Shown piece by piece: positions 1-9,894 of a DNA stretch of 64,000 nt. Position 1 is the stretch's first letter. Every line of letters begins with the position of its first letter. The stretch covers positions 32,001-96,000 of the IMG/VR virus record IMGVR_UViG_2731957577_000001; one strand, written 5' to 3'. The translations under genes were made by a program, and so were the position numbers. This DNA comes from a virus (lineage: Duplodnaviria; Caudoviricetes). The notes under the pieces are model-generated. The model was not told the origin of the DNA. It saw only the letters and a list, made by a program, of their open reading frames with translations, and searched no databases.

Positions 1-2
1 AG

Positions 3-1082
3 TATTGGTATTCGGCGCGTGCACAGATCATGGCGGATACTTTTCCAAGCTGGACATATATTCGGCAGTCCTCCAAAAGTATCGGCCAGCTTTTCTTGAA
101 CTTCTTTGGCCTCAAGCTCGAGGAAGTCGAAGAGCAGCTCAATTTGATTGAAAGCCAGAAATATATTGGCACGCTCCAAGTCGAGATGCTCGATTGGATT
201 TATATTTATGAGTTGCCCAGTGTTCAGCCGACCGATGACCTGACACTGTACAACGACGGCCGGCCCATTCCGATTCTGGATACCATCGAGCAGTTCTTCT
301 ACAACGACCTCGATGATGGCGGGATCATCGATTACGACAATCGACGATTTTACTCCCGATTCAAATACGACAAGTTCAGTGGACTCATCAATAACGTGAA
401 TCAGCGTGTTTCCTTTGAGTCCACACCCATTCCACAGCTGCTTTGGAACGCGTTTGACGAATTTGGTCTCCTCGTAGGACTCGCGCGCCTGCCTATGGAG
501 ACCAATGCTCAATTCAAGGAACGCATCCTCGATGTCTTCCGTTATCCGGCTAACTCCGGTGACGAAGGACTCACCAATGGGATTGCCCGCGAACTGGGCC
601 TTGTCCAACGCGTCACATGGGCCAATGATTCGAAGCATCTGTACCTCAAAGGCCGCAGCATTGACCCAAGAAGTCTCCGCGTAGATGGGCAGACGTTGCA
701 ACCCAATGAGTACAAGCAAGATGAGTTCGGCAACATCATCGTCTTGGCTAGAGGAAATGGCGGATCTCACGTGGTCTCGTTCATCGCCGGAATTGAGAAG
801 TATGAGCTACATGATCAAACGAATGAACAACTCTACCAGCTCATGTTTACCCCAGATGGACAGGCAACCCCATTGCTTCGGAATTGGGTGGCATACATTG
901 AGAAAGTGGCGCCGATCATGTGGGGACGGTTCACCTGGGATGAAGGCTCCTGGGACACGATTGACAAGGCGTTTACGGGCCTTGGTTATCTGCCAAACAT
1001 GTGGGACTCCGACATTGAAGTCTGGAAGAACTACACCTTTGATCCAAAGCGGTGGGAGAGTGAAAGTATATGGCGTTCGTGA
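3..1082 (+). CDS. Baseplate wedge/tail-associated structural protein (5' end probably outside window)
   Basis: Frame is open from base 3. Motif FDEFGLLVGLARLPMETNAQFKERILDV resembles the LD..G...G..R...E.D..YR.RI signature of baseplate wedge proteins. Heads a structural operon. Confidence 0.55.
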   Translation, partial: YWYSARAQIMADTFPSWTYIRQSSKSIGQLFLNFFGLKLEEVEEQLNLIESQKYIGTLQVEMLDWIYIYELPSVQPTDDLTLYNDGRPIPILDTIEQFFYNDLDDGGIIDYDNRRFYSRFKYDKFSGLINNVNQRVSFESTPIPQLLWNAFDEFGLLVGLARLPMETNAQFKERILDVFRYPANSGDEGLTNGIARELGLVQRVTWANDSKHLYLKGRSIDPRSLRVDGQTLQPNEYKQDEFGNIIVLARGNGGSHVVSFIAGIEKYELHDQTNEQLYQLMFTPDGQATPLLRNWVAYIEKVAPIMWGRFTWDEGSWDTIDKAFTGLGYLPNMWDSDIEVWKNYTFDPKRWESESIWRS

Positions 1083-4000
1083 CGTTTGACTATAAACTTC
1101 AGGCCTTGATCCAACCCATCCTGACTCGCTACTTCAACTATCAGATTTGGGCCAACTGCACCATCGATAACAATGGATCCACCCAGACGGTCACCGAACT
1201 GGTCTACACCGGTCGAGGTTGTGTCACCTCTCTCAATGACAGCCTGAACTCGGCCAATACCCTCGATGAACACACCGTCGAATATCTGGCGACCACGGGT
1301 GTGAACCAGTTACGAGACCAGTATGCCGGCATGACCGTCACGGTGGATTCGTATACCATCGTCTCGACGGATCCGCGGGTCTCTGTGATCTGTCCTCCAG
1401 ATGGAAGCGCACAGCCACTCGCTTGGTGCAGCGACCTGGTTCAAGACGAGGTGGAGGTCGAAACCACTTGGATTCAAGGGCCGACAATTGATACATCTCT
1501 GTACAACTCTCCAGACCAGATGATGCCGCTCTTGGAGACGAACATTAAGGTCCATCTGGCCCGTTTTGCCACGGCCCCACTTCCAGACAACTACAACATC
1601 ATCTCTCTGCTGGCCACTTCGGATAACGAAGCCGTCGTCATGGAGCTTCAAGATGACAACCTCTTTGTGTTTGCCCAAGATGCTGGAGACTTTCCGCCAG
1701 AATTGGTCGTGGACGAAGACACGGTGACGCTGGTACAGGGCATGACCGGGACTCTCAATATCCAGATGCTTGTCGGCGGTGAGAGCGTCGACCGCATGGA
1801 TGAACTGCAGGTTTACATCAATGATCCGTCCATTGTGTCCCTCGTCAGCGTGGATGACAACGGCGTCGTCTTGCAGGGCACCAATGTCGGTACCACGACG
1901 GTTTCTCTGTCCTTCCTCACCTCGAATGTCATTGTCACCGTTCAAGTGGTGGCACCCCAAGGACAATTGGACTTCAGTAAATCTGTTCAAACCTCGTATG
2001 TCGGGGACCCAACGGAGATTCATTTCCATGCCACTTACGAAAATGGCAGTCGGTTTGACATCGCCTCATCGATCCTGGCACTGGTGGATGGAGACGCAGA
2101 GATCCAAAAGATCGACGAATCCACGTATGCGGTGACGCCGCATGCCTCTGGGATCCTTACGATGTCGATTTCCGTGACCGGGGCAACGGGCGACCCGATC
2201 AACGCCACAATCAAAATGCCTGTAAAGGACAAGCAATTGAACCGATTCTTCATCACGCCACGAGAGCTCCAGGTGGTCAAGGGCCAGCCGTTTACGGTCA
2301 CGGCCAACTATGATGTGCCGGATCCGGAGATGACCGTGGATGAATCGTTGATTACCTGGACCGCTTCGGATGAATCCGGCCCGATTGGACTGGAGGTTCA
2401 GAGTGGGCGGAGCATCACCCTCACCCCTCAGAACACAGGTGAGTTGACGATTCAAGCCCGCTTGTACAATGGCGCGGACTCCGTTGTGGCGACCGTGTAT
2501 GGAGAAACCGAGCCTTTTATTACGGTCAGTGCGGAATCGGTTCTCCTAAAGCCGAATGACACCGTGACTCTGTTTGCTCAAGTCGTCAATGGTCAAAATC
2601 AGCCGATTGATTGGTCGGTGGAAGACAATGGGCTCATCAAAGTCCTGAACCAGAGCGACAACTCGATTGAGATTCAAGGGCTTATCGATGGCACCGCTGT
2701 GATTCATGCTCGTGCGCTCGGGATGCAGAAGGATATCACCATTAGTGTCAGCTCGGTGGAATTTCAGGCCAGCGATGACCCGGATCCCATTCAGATGGAT
2801 CCCGGTGATCAAAACACCTACTACTTCCCGACTGAAGATGCTCCTGAACAGTGGGGAGACCCAGGCACGCCCTCTTCCTATGTGGATGGTGGCGGCATTC
2901 TCACAGAGATCTACGGGAACGGAAGCGGAACAGAGGACCCGACCTATGCCTTTTACTCTGGCATCGGAGACAATGACGATCTGTTCGTCAAAAAACCACA
3001 GTTTGAAAACACGGTCCAGAAGTTCAACTATGCGGCTCGGATGCGCGGAAAGAAAAAGCATAGCGTGATGATCTATCCAGAGATCGACTTCCAGTATTCT
3101 ATTCAGTACAAAGGTGACTTCTTTACGGATTACAACGAGTCGCCATTCAAGTTCGAAGTAGACGCCTATCCGCAGCGGGACTTTCACTTTACCATCAATG
3201 AAACCCGCAAGCTGCAGTCCTTGCGCGACTACTCGGTGAAGATGACGATTGGCGGAACCGTCCCGAAAAAGACGCTGCAGTATGCGGTCGAGTGGACCGG
3301 TGCCTATGAAATTTCCAACACGATCGACATCCGTGCCTTGTTCGACAAGAATTCAGGGGAAGGCCATTTTGTGGGGGCTGGAAAAGATACCTGGGAACTT
3401 CTCTCCAATGGTCATGTCGTCGACCACAGTAACCAGAGCCGTTTCAGTGGGTCCATTGCCAGAAACACCCAATATTTCAATCCAACATGGGCCTATAATG
3501 ACTTTGAGGTTCACTTTACGCCTGTGATCGACTTAGTCACTGACTATCACGCTCCCCTCTGGGGCAATGACGACGATATTATCGGTGTGATTTTTAAGGC
3601 GCAGAACGACTGGAAGAACTTCTACTGCTTCATGTGGGAACGGGATGAACGGGTGCAGTATTCTTGGCGCGCCGGCAACAACCTGGATGGTCTTCCCCTT
3701 GGTTTCACAGACTCCGAGTGGGAAGCCCATTGCGTCACCGAGAAATATCAGGATCCGTGGAGTAACTATGTCCACAATCTCGGATGGGGAGACCGGCATT
3801 ATCGAGTGTACCGATGCAAAAATGGAAAGTTTTATCGGGTCAATACGCCTGACCTCTCCAATGGAGATGGATGGGTCTATGAAAAAAGCAATGGCATTCG
3901 GATTCACGCGGATGGCAATCACATTCAAATTTACATCCTGCCATCCGGAGCAAGCAACTGGAGGAAAGTCTTTGAGTTTGATACGGAATATGAAACCGGG

Positions 4001-7000
4001 AGCTTTGGTCTCTTTAACATCTCCCAGGCAGTCGAATTTACGTCTTGTACGATTACTCGTTGGCAGCCGATTTCCGGACGTGTACCGGATTCTCCGAACT
4101 GGGATAGCTGGGACGGCATTGGTACGAAGACACTTGCCTCTTCCGGCAGCGACTATGTCGATGCGGATGTGAAGAAAGCCGCGGGAGGAAAACCGTATGA
4201 AATCTTATCGGTGAAAGGTGTCGTCAAGGATTCTTCGGCCGGTAAGATCGACGCGAGTCTCAATGGTGCAGTGACCATTACCACGACCAACCCGCCGGAT
4301 GCCGGGAAGTCGGTTGACACGGAGTTCATTAAACAGGGCACGGTGACGATTACGCCCGATAACACGAGTGAATCAACCGCCGTTGTCGTATTCAGCGATC
4401 CATCCACCTTGTTTACCGATGAGATCAAGCAGTTTAAGGAAAACAACCCGACGTTGGTCAATGTCACGCCGACCTACACCTTGGAGGAGCCAACGTCATC
4501 CGATGAGGAGTTTAGTTTCGACGGGAAGACCCTCAAGATGTGGAAGAGTGACCCGCCCACCGAGACGTCGAGCAAGGACTTCACCTGCTCGGTCTATGCA
4601 TATGAGGGGTGGAAGACGGCGGCAACGCTGACCAGCTTTGAGGGCGGCCCGTGGGCCACCTACACGGTGACGATGAATGAGGCCGATTTTAACCCGGATT
4701 ATGACCAGGTCCGTTGGCATATCGCGGGTGACATCAAGAACCCGGCCAAGGACAATGACTATCTGGAGATCAAGACCACCGAATGGTATCACGGCATCTG
4801 GCCGGCCGACGTGAAAAACGAGGGAACGGTAAACAGTGAACAGCGGCTGTATATCGACATTCCGCCAATGCCTGAACACTATGTCGAGCCGCATACAGGA
4901 GAAGTCATGTACCACGGATACGACAAGGTGGACTTTCTCTTAACCAAGGATCCGGTCGGCAAAGACGCCGTGTGGATGTACTTTAAATCCAACCCGAATA
5001 TCACAACGAGAAATGCAGCGTCACTGTGTCCGATCAACCCGATCAATGGGTATCCGGTCATCAAGACGAATCTCATTAACGATCAAGTCGTGGTGGTCTG
5101 TGATCCCGACCCGAGGTACATCCCCTGGATCAGTGGTAAGTATATTGGCTATGGAAAGGTCAATGGGAAACGGCCCTTTTTCTCGGATAACACCGGGAAG
5201 GCCGATATGATCAATGTCCCGACGGATGTCGTATACCTGCCGCCAAATCTGGTGAATATCCAAGGGCCGTTTGTCGAAGTCGACGATCCGAGGGTGCAGG
5301 TATCGGTGAATCCAGACAAGACCGTGAACTTCAGCTCAGACTACATGGACGCCTACGTCTGGTACACCGACTGGTATACGGATTGGGTGAATGATCCGAA
5401 TAACTACTTTGCGACACTCGATCAGCCCACAGAAATCACCGATCCGGTGTACATTGACCCAACGCTCGCGCCGGACTACGACGAAAATGTCATCATCGAC
5501 CATGTAGAAGTGACGAGCAACAACCCCTTCGTGGCGACATGGGTGAATCCGGCGCCAACCGATACGCATGGCTTGCTCGGCACGTATTACAAGATGCCGA
5601 ATCGCATCGACCCAACTCGCGAAAAGTTCCAGGTCACTGGCGACTATCGCTTGCGCCAACAGGTCTTCACCGTCAATGAGCCGGTCGATGAATACCGAGA
5701 ACCCGGAACTCCGGTGTCCGAGGCCTTTTTGCCGGGTATTGCGCCCATTGTCGGTACCGTGCCTGACCGACAAGTCGTGGATGTCACCACCATCTTTGTG
5801 CCGGCCGGCCAACCCGTCTTGAAAATCTTAGGGGCATTCTTTGGGCCATCCGGTGACCACTATCCGGATCTCCAGGTGACAGCCCCGAATGGAGAACAGT
5901 TTGGAATCGCTGCGAACAATGGCACATGGAGTCAGACGGCCATCTCGATCACTCAGTTCGCCAATGGCACTTCGATCAAATCCTGCAGTCAGTACAGCTT
6001 TGCGGGAGAGAACGATCTGTATGACCTGATGACGTTCACCAATCCGATGACGGGTGTGTGGAAGATACAGGTCTACAACGGTGGCATTGAGTCGTCGGAA
6101 TACACGGTGACAACCAACATCGGTACTCTTCTTCAAAACGCATTCACGCTTCAGCACGTTCCCGATGCGTGGAATGTGAAGGTGAAAGTCAATGGCACAC
6201 CCATTCCCGGATTTACCGTCGATGGCAGCACGGTGACGATTACCGATCCACTGAACAAGGACGACGTGGTGGAGATTGACTACACCACAGGTGGCCTTCA
6301 GGTGGACGCCCTGCCCATGCAGTCGGAATTTGAATTCCAGGACTCGCCACCGTTCACGATCGTCAGCGTTCAACGCAATGGCGTGGACATCCCAGAAGAC
6401 CCAACCAATGGCTATACGGTGCAGGATGATAAGTTCTATCTGCATGGCAGCGCGCTGACACCCGGAGACGTCGTGGTCCAATACGCGATGGGTTCCGTGA
6501 ACAATGTCTTCACCTTGGCCAATCCCGTGGGAGAAGGCGTCGAGGTTTATCTCAATGGGGTCAAGCTCGATCCGTCTCAATACACGGTCTCAGGAACCAC
6601 GCTCGTCATCCAAAAGAGTCTCTTGCATCTGAATGACTGGGTTCATATTCAGTCGTATCAGTTGCTTCCGGGCTTTGATACCTCAAAGAACAATTACTTG
6701 GGCGAGTTCCAGTTCTCGCGGATTGACCCGGCGATCAACTTTGATTGGGGATACAGCTCTCCGTTTGCCGAAGAGACGTCCCCGGTACAGGCCAGTGAAT
6801 TCACGATCGAAGAAGTCATCCCGGATACCGCGGACTTCGATTTCATCCTGGATGCGACCGTCGTGTATCCGACGAATAGTCCCATCAGCATCGATAACTT
6901 TACAGGGACTTGGGTGGAGTTCGATACGGATCCCACCAGTAAAGGTAATTGGCATGGACCGCCGGAGGACGGTTATACGGACGTTACCAACTTGGAAAAT

Positions 7001-9544
7001 CAGAATGGTCAATCTGGATGGTACAATCCCGATCATGTGAACCTGACGGATTATGCGTTCTCCTTCAAGGTGCAGACCCGTGCGGGTGATGATGACGTGA
7101 TTGGCGCCTTGTTCCGCTTCGACCCCGATACGTTGAATTTCTACTCGTTTGAGTGGGATGCGGAAGCGCCAGAAACGCATTGGATCTTGCCCACAAAAGG
7201 GATGTATGTCTTCCGCAACATTTGCCTGAACCCGCAAGACTACGGGAAAGATAAATTGGTCTACGAGCGAGAGCAATTGGGGTACTTTAATCAAGCATGG
7301 GAACCTGGTCAGCACATTGTGCATGAGGTCCTCATCCAGGTATTTGGATCCACGATCATTGTCACGGTGGATGGAGAAGAAAAGATCCACGTCACCGATC
7401 CGGATTCGACAAAAGTGTTGACCAAAGGCGCATGGGGACCGCTGACGCAGTCGCAGCCCGAATCGCACTTTTGGGATTTCTTGTTCACCACCTATCAGCA
7501 GGTAGTCTTCAGCCATCACATTCAAAACTCAGTTCCCGTCCCCGTGTCAGATACCAACCGGACTGCAACATTACAGGTGATCGATCATACGGTTCGGGAA
7601 GAGTTCCAAGAAGACATCAATGAGCTTCTGGACAACAACGTGGGAGTGGATGAAGCCGATCTGATTGTCAGCTATCAGATTGTAGACGACCACAGCGATG
7701 TCGCCAGCGTGTATTTCGATGATCCGGCCCAGCCGACGACAAATATGCCGACTTCGACTTCAGACCAAAACGCATCCGTCTACGCCAAGATTCTCACCAA
7801 ACCGCAGACGGCGCCAGAGGTGCCAGACTATGGCGAAACGCGTCATACCACCCTGGACTACCCGCCGCCGGACGTGCCATCGGATGTGTATGTACCGAAT
7901 CAGCCAGAACCCTACATTCCGGACATGGTCCCGCCGCCGACCACCGATATGTCGGACGGCTTTGCGGTGAGCTGGCGCGGGCGGATCTATGCCCCCGTCA
8001 GTGGCGTGTACACATTCTATGCGACCGTCGATGATGGATTCCGTCTCTGGATCGATAACCGTCTCATCATCGACGCTTGGAAGGACAATCCCGGTGGCGT
8101 GACCTACACCGGCTCCATCGAACTGGAAGGTGGGAAGTGGTACACATTCTCCGCGAACTATTTCGAGGATACGGATCGGGCGATGGTTCGGCTGGAGTGG
8201 GAGTATCCAGGATCCCCAAGGCAAGTGATTGGTCCGGATTACTTCGTGCCGTATCTGGGCTACACCGTGATGGCACAGGTGCGTGAAGCCACGCCGCTGC
8301 CCTGGAGCCCGATGATTCATAACGGGTATTACTACTTCCAGGACAAAGAGTTTTACCTGTATGCCAACAAGGTGCATATCGTAACCACACCCGTGGACAA
8401 CACGGTCTTGTTACAGCCAAGACCCCAACAAGGTTCGCCCCTCATCGTTCGAGACAACGAGGGCAACATTCTCCGCAAGGTCACATTCTTTGATGACGAC
8501 TGGAATCTGACCCTTGAATATACGGACGAGATGACAGGGAATGGCGGCGCGCGGTACTTCCTGGCTTATCGAGACATCGATCCCAACACGCTCAAGGTGT
8601 ATGTGAACGGGGAACTTCTTGGGCCATCCCAATATGTTTTTGATCCCAAGAAATCTGTAGTGGAGTTCATGAAAAACCTCGGCTTCTCTGATATAATCGT
8701 CCTGAAGTACAAGCTGTTGTACAGCTACATGGTCGATTACAACTACGATGTCGAGAACGACGTCGCCAAGCTCACCCTGCATGATGCCTATGATCCAGCG
8801 CTCATGCGGGATATGGAGATCATTTATGAAGGCGCGACCGACACGCCGTTCTACCGGGCTTCCGATGAAGTGTCTTTCAACCCGATCCTGAATCACAATC
8901 ATCGAGGGTTCTTGTACATCACGAACAAGCTCGATGAGACGGCCAAGAGCATTGAACTGACGGTCTCTCCCGACAAACTTCCGGCCAGCGGAACCGGGAA
9001 GTGTCTCGTCACCGTCAAAGTTCTCGACAAGTACAACAACCCCATTCAGAGAAAAGACGTTCAGATCTTCCGAGATGGCGAGCTGGTCTTTAGCGGCAAG
9101 ACGAACCGCGCCGGTGAGGTCTATCTGTATGAACAGCCCGCGCCGACTCCCATTGGGGTATCCCAGTACCAGGCGGTATGTGATGGCCTCTACAATGTCG
9201 CTCTGCTGAATTTCTATCAGCCCAATGTGGCCAAACGGTACTTTGTCGAACTGAAAGCCTCGAAAGCCGCGATCCAAGCGGGTGTGGACGATACCGTCAC
9301 GATTACGGCCACGGTTCGGGATGAAAACTGGATGTCAGTTCCTGGCGTGAAACTGACGGTGACGTATAAAGACACCCTCGGCCGGACCCGCACCGTCATG
9401 CCGATCACCGATGCGTTTGGTCAAACGACCATCACCATTTCGGGTGAGGATCTCGCGCCTGGAGCGTTCCCCGTATACGCCATTTATGACATGGGTGTGG
9501 AAGAAGCCAGCAACTTCATTTTCATCAAGGTGATCGGGGGCTGA
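1070..9544 (+). CDS. Giant (2824 aa) virion appendage/adhesin-like protein: Ig-like repeats, two TSP_C-like lectin domains, split PA14 domain, C-terminal invasin-type Ig domains
   Basis: Ig-like segments (WTASD, IDWSVEDNGLIKV); DDDxIG motifs near 3569 and 7088; PA14 core GFAVSWRGRIYAPVSGVYTFYATVDDGFRLWID; C-terminal VTVKVLDKYNNP and TATVRDENW; no signal peptide. Confidence 0.7.
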   Translation: MAFVTFDYKLQALIQPILTRYFNYQIWANCTIDNNGSTQTVTELVYTGRGCVTSLNDSLNSANTLDEHTVEYLATTGVNQLRDQYAGMTVTVDSYTIVSTDPRVSVICPPDGSAQPLAWCSDLVQDEVEVETTWIQGPTIDTSLYNSPDQMMPLLETNIKVHLARFATAPLPDNYNIISLLATSDNEAVVMELQDDNLFVFAQDAGDFPPELVVDEDTVTLVQGMTGTLNIQMLVGGESVDRMDELQVYINDPSIVSLVSVDDNGVVLQGTNVGTTTVSLSFLTSNVIVTVQVVAPQGQLDFSKSVQTSYVGDPTEIHFHATYENGSRFDIASSILALVDGDAEIQKIDESTYAVTPHASGILTMSISVTGATGDPINATIKMPVKDKQLNRFFITPRELQVVKGQPFTVTANYDVPDPEMTVDESLITWTASDESGPIGLEVQSGRSITLTPQNTGELTIQARLYNGADSVVATVYGETEPFITVSAESVLLKPNDTVTLFAQVVNGQNQPIDWSVEDNGLIKVLNQSDNSIEIQGLIDGTAVIHARALGMQKDITISVSSVEFQASDDPDPIQMDPGDQNTYYFPTEDAPEQWGDPGTPSSYVDGGGILTEIYGNGSGTEDPTYAFYSGIGDNDDLFVKKPQFENTVQKFNYAARMRGKKKHSVMIYPEIDFQYSIQYKGDFFTDYNESPFKFEVDAYPQRDFHFTINETRKLQSLRDYSVKMTIGGTVPKKTLQYAVEWTGAYEISNTIDIRALFDKNSGEGHFVGAGKDTWELLSNGHVVDHSNQSRFSGSIARNTQYFNPTWAYNDFEVHFTPVIDLVTDYHAPLWGNDDDIIGVIFKAQNDWKNFYCFMWERDERVQYSWRAGNNLDGLPLGFTDSEWEAHCVTEKYQDPWSNYVHNLGWGDRHYRVYRCKNGKFYRVNTPDLSNGDGWVYEKSNGIRIHADGNHIQIYILPSGASNWRKVFEFDTEYETGSFGLFNISQAVEFTSCTITRWQPISGRVPDSPNWDSWDGIGTKTLASSGSDYVDADVKKAAGGKPYEILSVKGVVKDSSAGKIDASLNGAVTITTTNPPDAGKSVDTEFIKQGTVTITPDNTSESTAVVVFSDPSTLFTDEIKQFKENNPTLVNVTPTYTLEEPTSSDEEFSFDGKTLKMWKSDPPTETSSKDFTCSVYAYEGWKTAATLTSFEGGPWATYTVTMNEADFNPDYDQVRWHIAGDIKNPAKDNDYLEIKTTEWYHGIWPADVKNEGTVNSEQRLYIDIPPMPEHYVEPHTGEVMYHGYDKVDFLLTKDPVGKDAVWMYFKSNPNITTRNAASLCPINPINGYPVIKTNLINDQVVVVCDPDPRYIPWISGKYIGYGKVNGKRPFFSDNTGKADMINVPTDVVYLPPNLVNIQGPFVEVDDPRVQVSVNPDKTVNFSSDYMDAYVWYTDWYTDWVNDPNNYFATLDQPTEITDPVYIDPTLAPDYDENVIIDHVEVTSNNPFVATWVNPAPTDTHGLLGTYYKMPNRIDPTREKFQVTGDYRLRQQVFTVNEPVDEYREPGTPVSEAFLPGIAPIVGTVPDRQVVDVTTIFVPAGQPVLKILGAFFGPSGDHYPDLQVTAPNGEQFGIAANNGTWSQTAISITQFANGTSIKSCSQYSFAGENDLYDLMTFTNPMTGVWKIQVYNGGIESSEYTVTTNIGTLLQNAFTLQHVPDAWNVKVKVNGTPIPGFTVDGSTVTITDPLNKDDVVEIDYTTGGLQVDALPMQSEFEFQDSPPFTIVSVQRNGVDIPEDPTNGYTVQDDKFYLHGSALTPGDVVVQYAMGSVNNVFTLANPVGEGVEVYLNGVKLDPSQYTVSGTTLVIQKSLLHLNDWVHIQSYQLLPGFDTSKNNYLGEFQFSRIDPAINFDWGYSSPFAEETSPVQASEFTIEEVIPDTADFDFILDATVVYPTNSPISIDNFTGTWVEFDTDPTSKGNWHGPPEDGYTDVTNLENQNGQSGWYNPDHVNLTDYAFSFKVQTRAGDDDVIGALFRFDPDTLNFYSFEWDAEAPETHWILPTKGMYVFRNICLNPQDYGKDKLVYEREQLGYFNQAWEPGQHIVHEVLIQVFGSTIIVTVDGEEKIHVTDPDSTKVLTKGAWGPLTQSQPESHFWDFLFTTYQQVVFSHHIQNSVPVPVSDTNRTATLQVIDHTVREEFQEDINELLDNNVGVDEADLIVSYQIVDDHSDVASVYFDDPAQPTTNMPTSTSDQNASVYAKILTKPQTAPEVPDYGETRHTTLDYPPPDVPSDVYVPNQPEPYIPDMVPPPTTDMSDGFAVSWRGRIYAPVSGVYTFYATVDDGFRLWIDNRLIIDAWKDNPGGVTYTGSIELEGGKWYTFSANYFEDTDRAMVRLEWEYPGSPRQVIGPDYFVPYLGYTVMAQVREATPLPWSPMIHNGYYYFQDKEFYLYANKVHIVTTPVDNTVLLQPRPQQGSPLIVRDNEGNILRKVTFFDDDWNLTLEYTDEMTGNGGARYFLAYRDIDPNTLKVYVNGELLGPSQYVFDPKKSVVEFMKNLGFSDIIVLKYKLLYSYMVDYNYDVENDVAKLTLHDAYDPALMRDMEIIYEGATDTPFYRASDEVSFNPILNHNHRGFLYITNKLDETAKSIELTVSPDKLPASGTGKCLVTVKVLDKYNNPIQRKDVQIFRDGELVFSGKTNRAGEVYLYEQPAPTPIGVSQYQAVCDGLYNVALLNFYQPNVAKRYFVELKASKAAIQAGVDDTVTITATVRDENWMSVPGVKLTVTYKDTLGRTRTVMPITDAFGQTTITISGEDLAPGAFPVYAIYDMGVEEASNFIFIKVIGG

Positions 9545-9557
9545 GGCCCCCGTTTTT
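9535..9557 (+). terminator. Intrinsic terminator overlapping the stop of the 2824-aa gene
   Basis: CGGGGGC-TGAG-GCCCCCG followed by TTTTT. Confidence 0.65.
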
Positions 9558-9579
9558 GATCGATAGGAGGATGACCCAC

Positions 9580-9894
9580 ATGCCGCGGCCTTATGTCGTG
9601 GGTTGGTACTACGCATTTAAGACCCTGTATGACTGGAAGAAGAAACATGGATGGCGGGTTACACGGCGCCGAATGAAGCTGTGGAAACAGATGCTCCGGA
9701 AGAAATACTTCTGGAGGACTCCAAAAGAGCGGGCCGAAGAGATGCGAAAGTTTCTGGATGGGATTCGTGAAATGGGAAGGACCGTTCATGAAGAACTCCA
9801 TGTCGCCCGAGGGATCTCGGTGCCCTCTTGTGGATGGTGTAACCCGCGCGCCGGGGAAGAGGACGATGAGGAAGACTTGGAGGTGAGCTCATGA
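9580..9894 (+). CDS. Small Arg/Lys/Trp-rich protein with H-x3-H...CxxC and acidic tail
   Basis: AGGAGG RBS at 9565-9570, ATG 9580; stop overlaps next ATG (ATGA). Confidence 0.7.
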   Translation: MPRPYVVGWYYAFKTLYDWKKKHGWRVTRRRMKLWKQMLRKKYFWRTPKERAEEMRKFLDGIREMGRTVHEELHVARGISVPSCGWCNPRAGEEDDEEDLEVSS

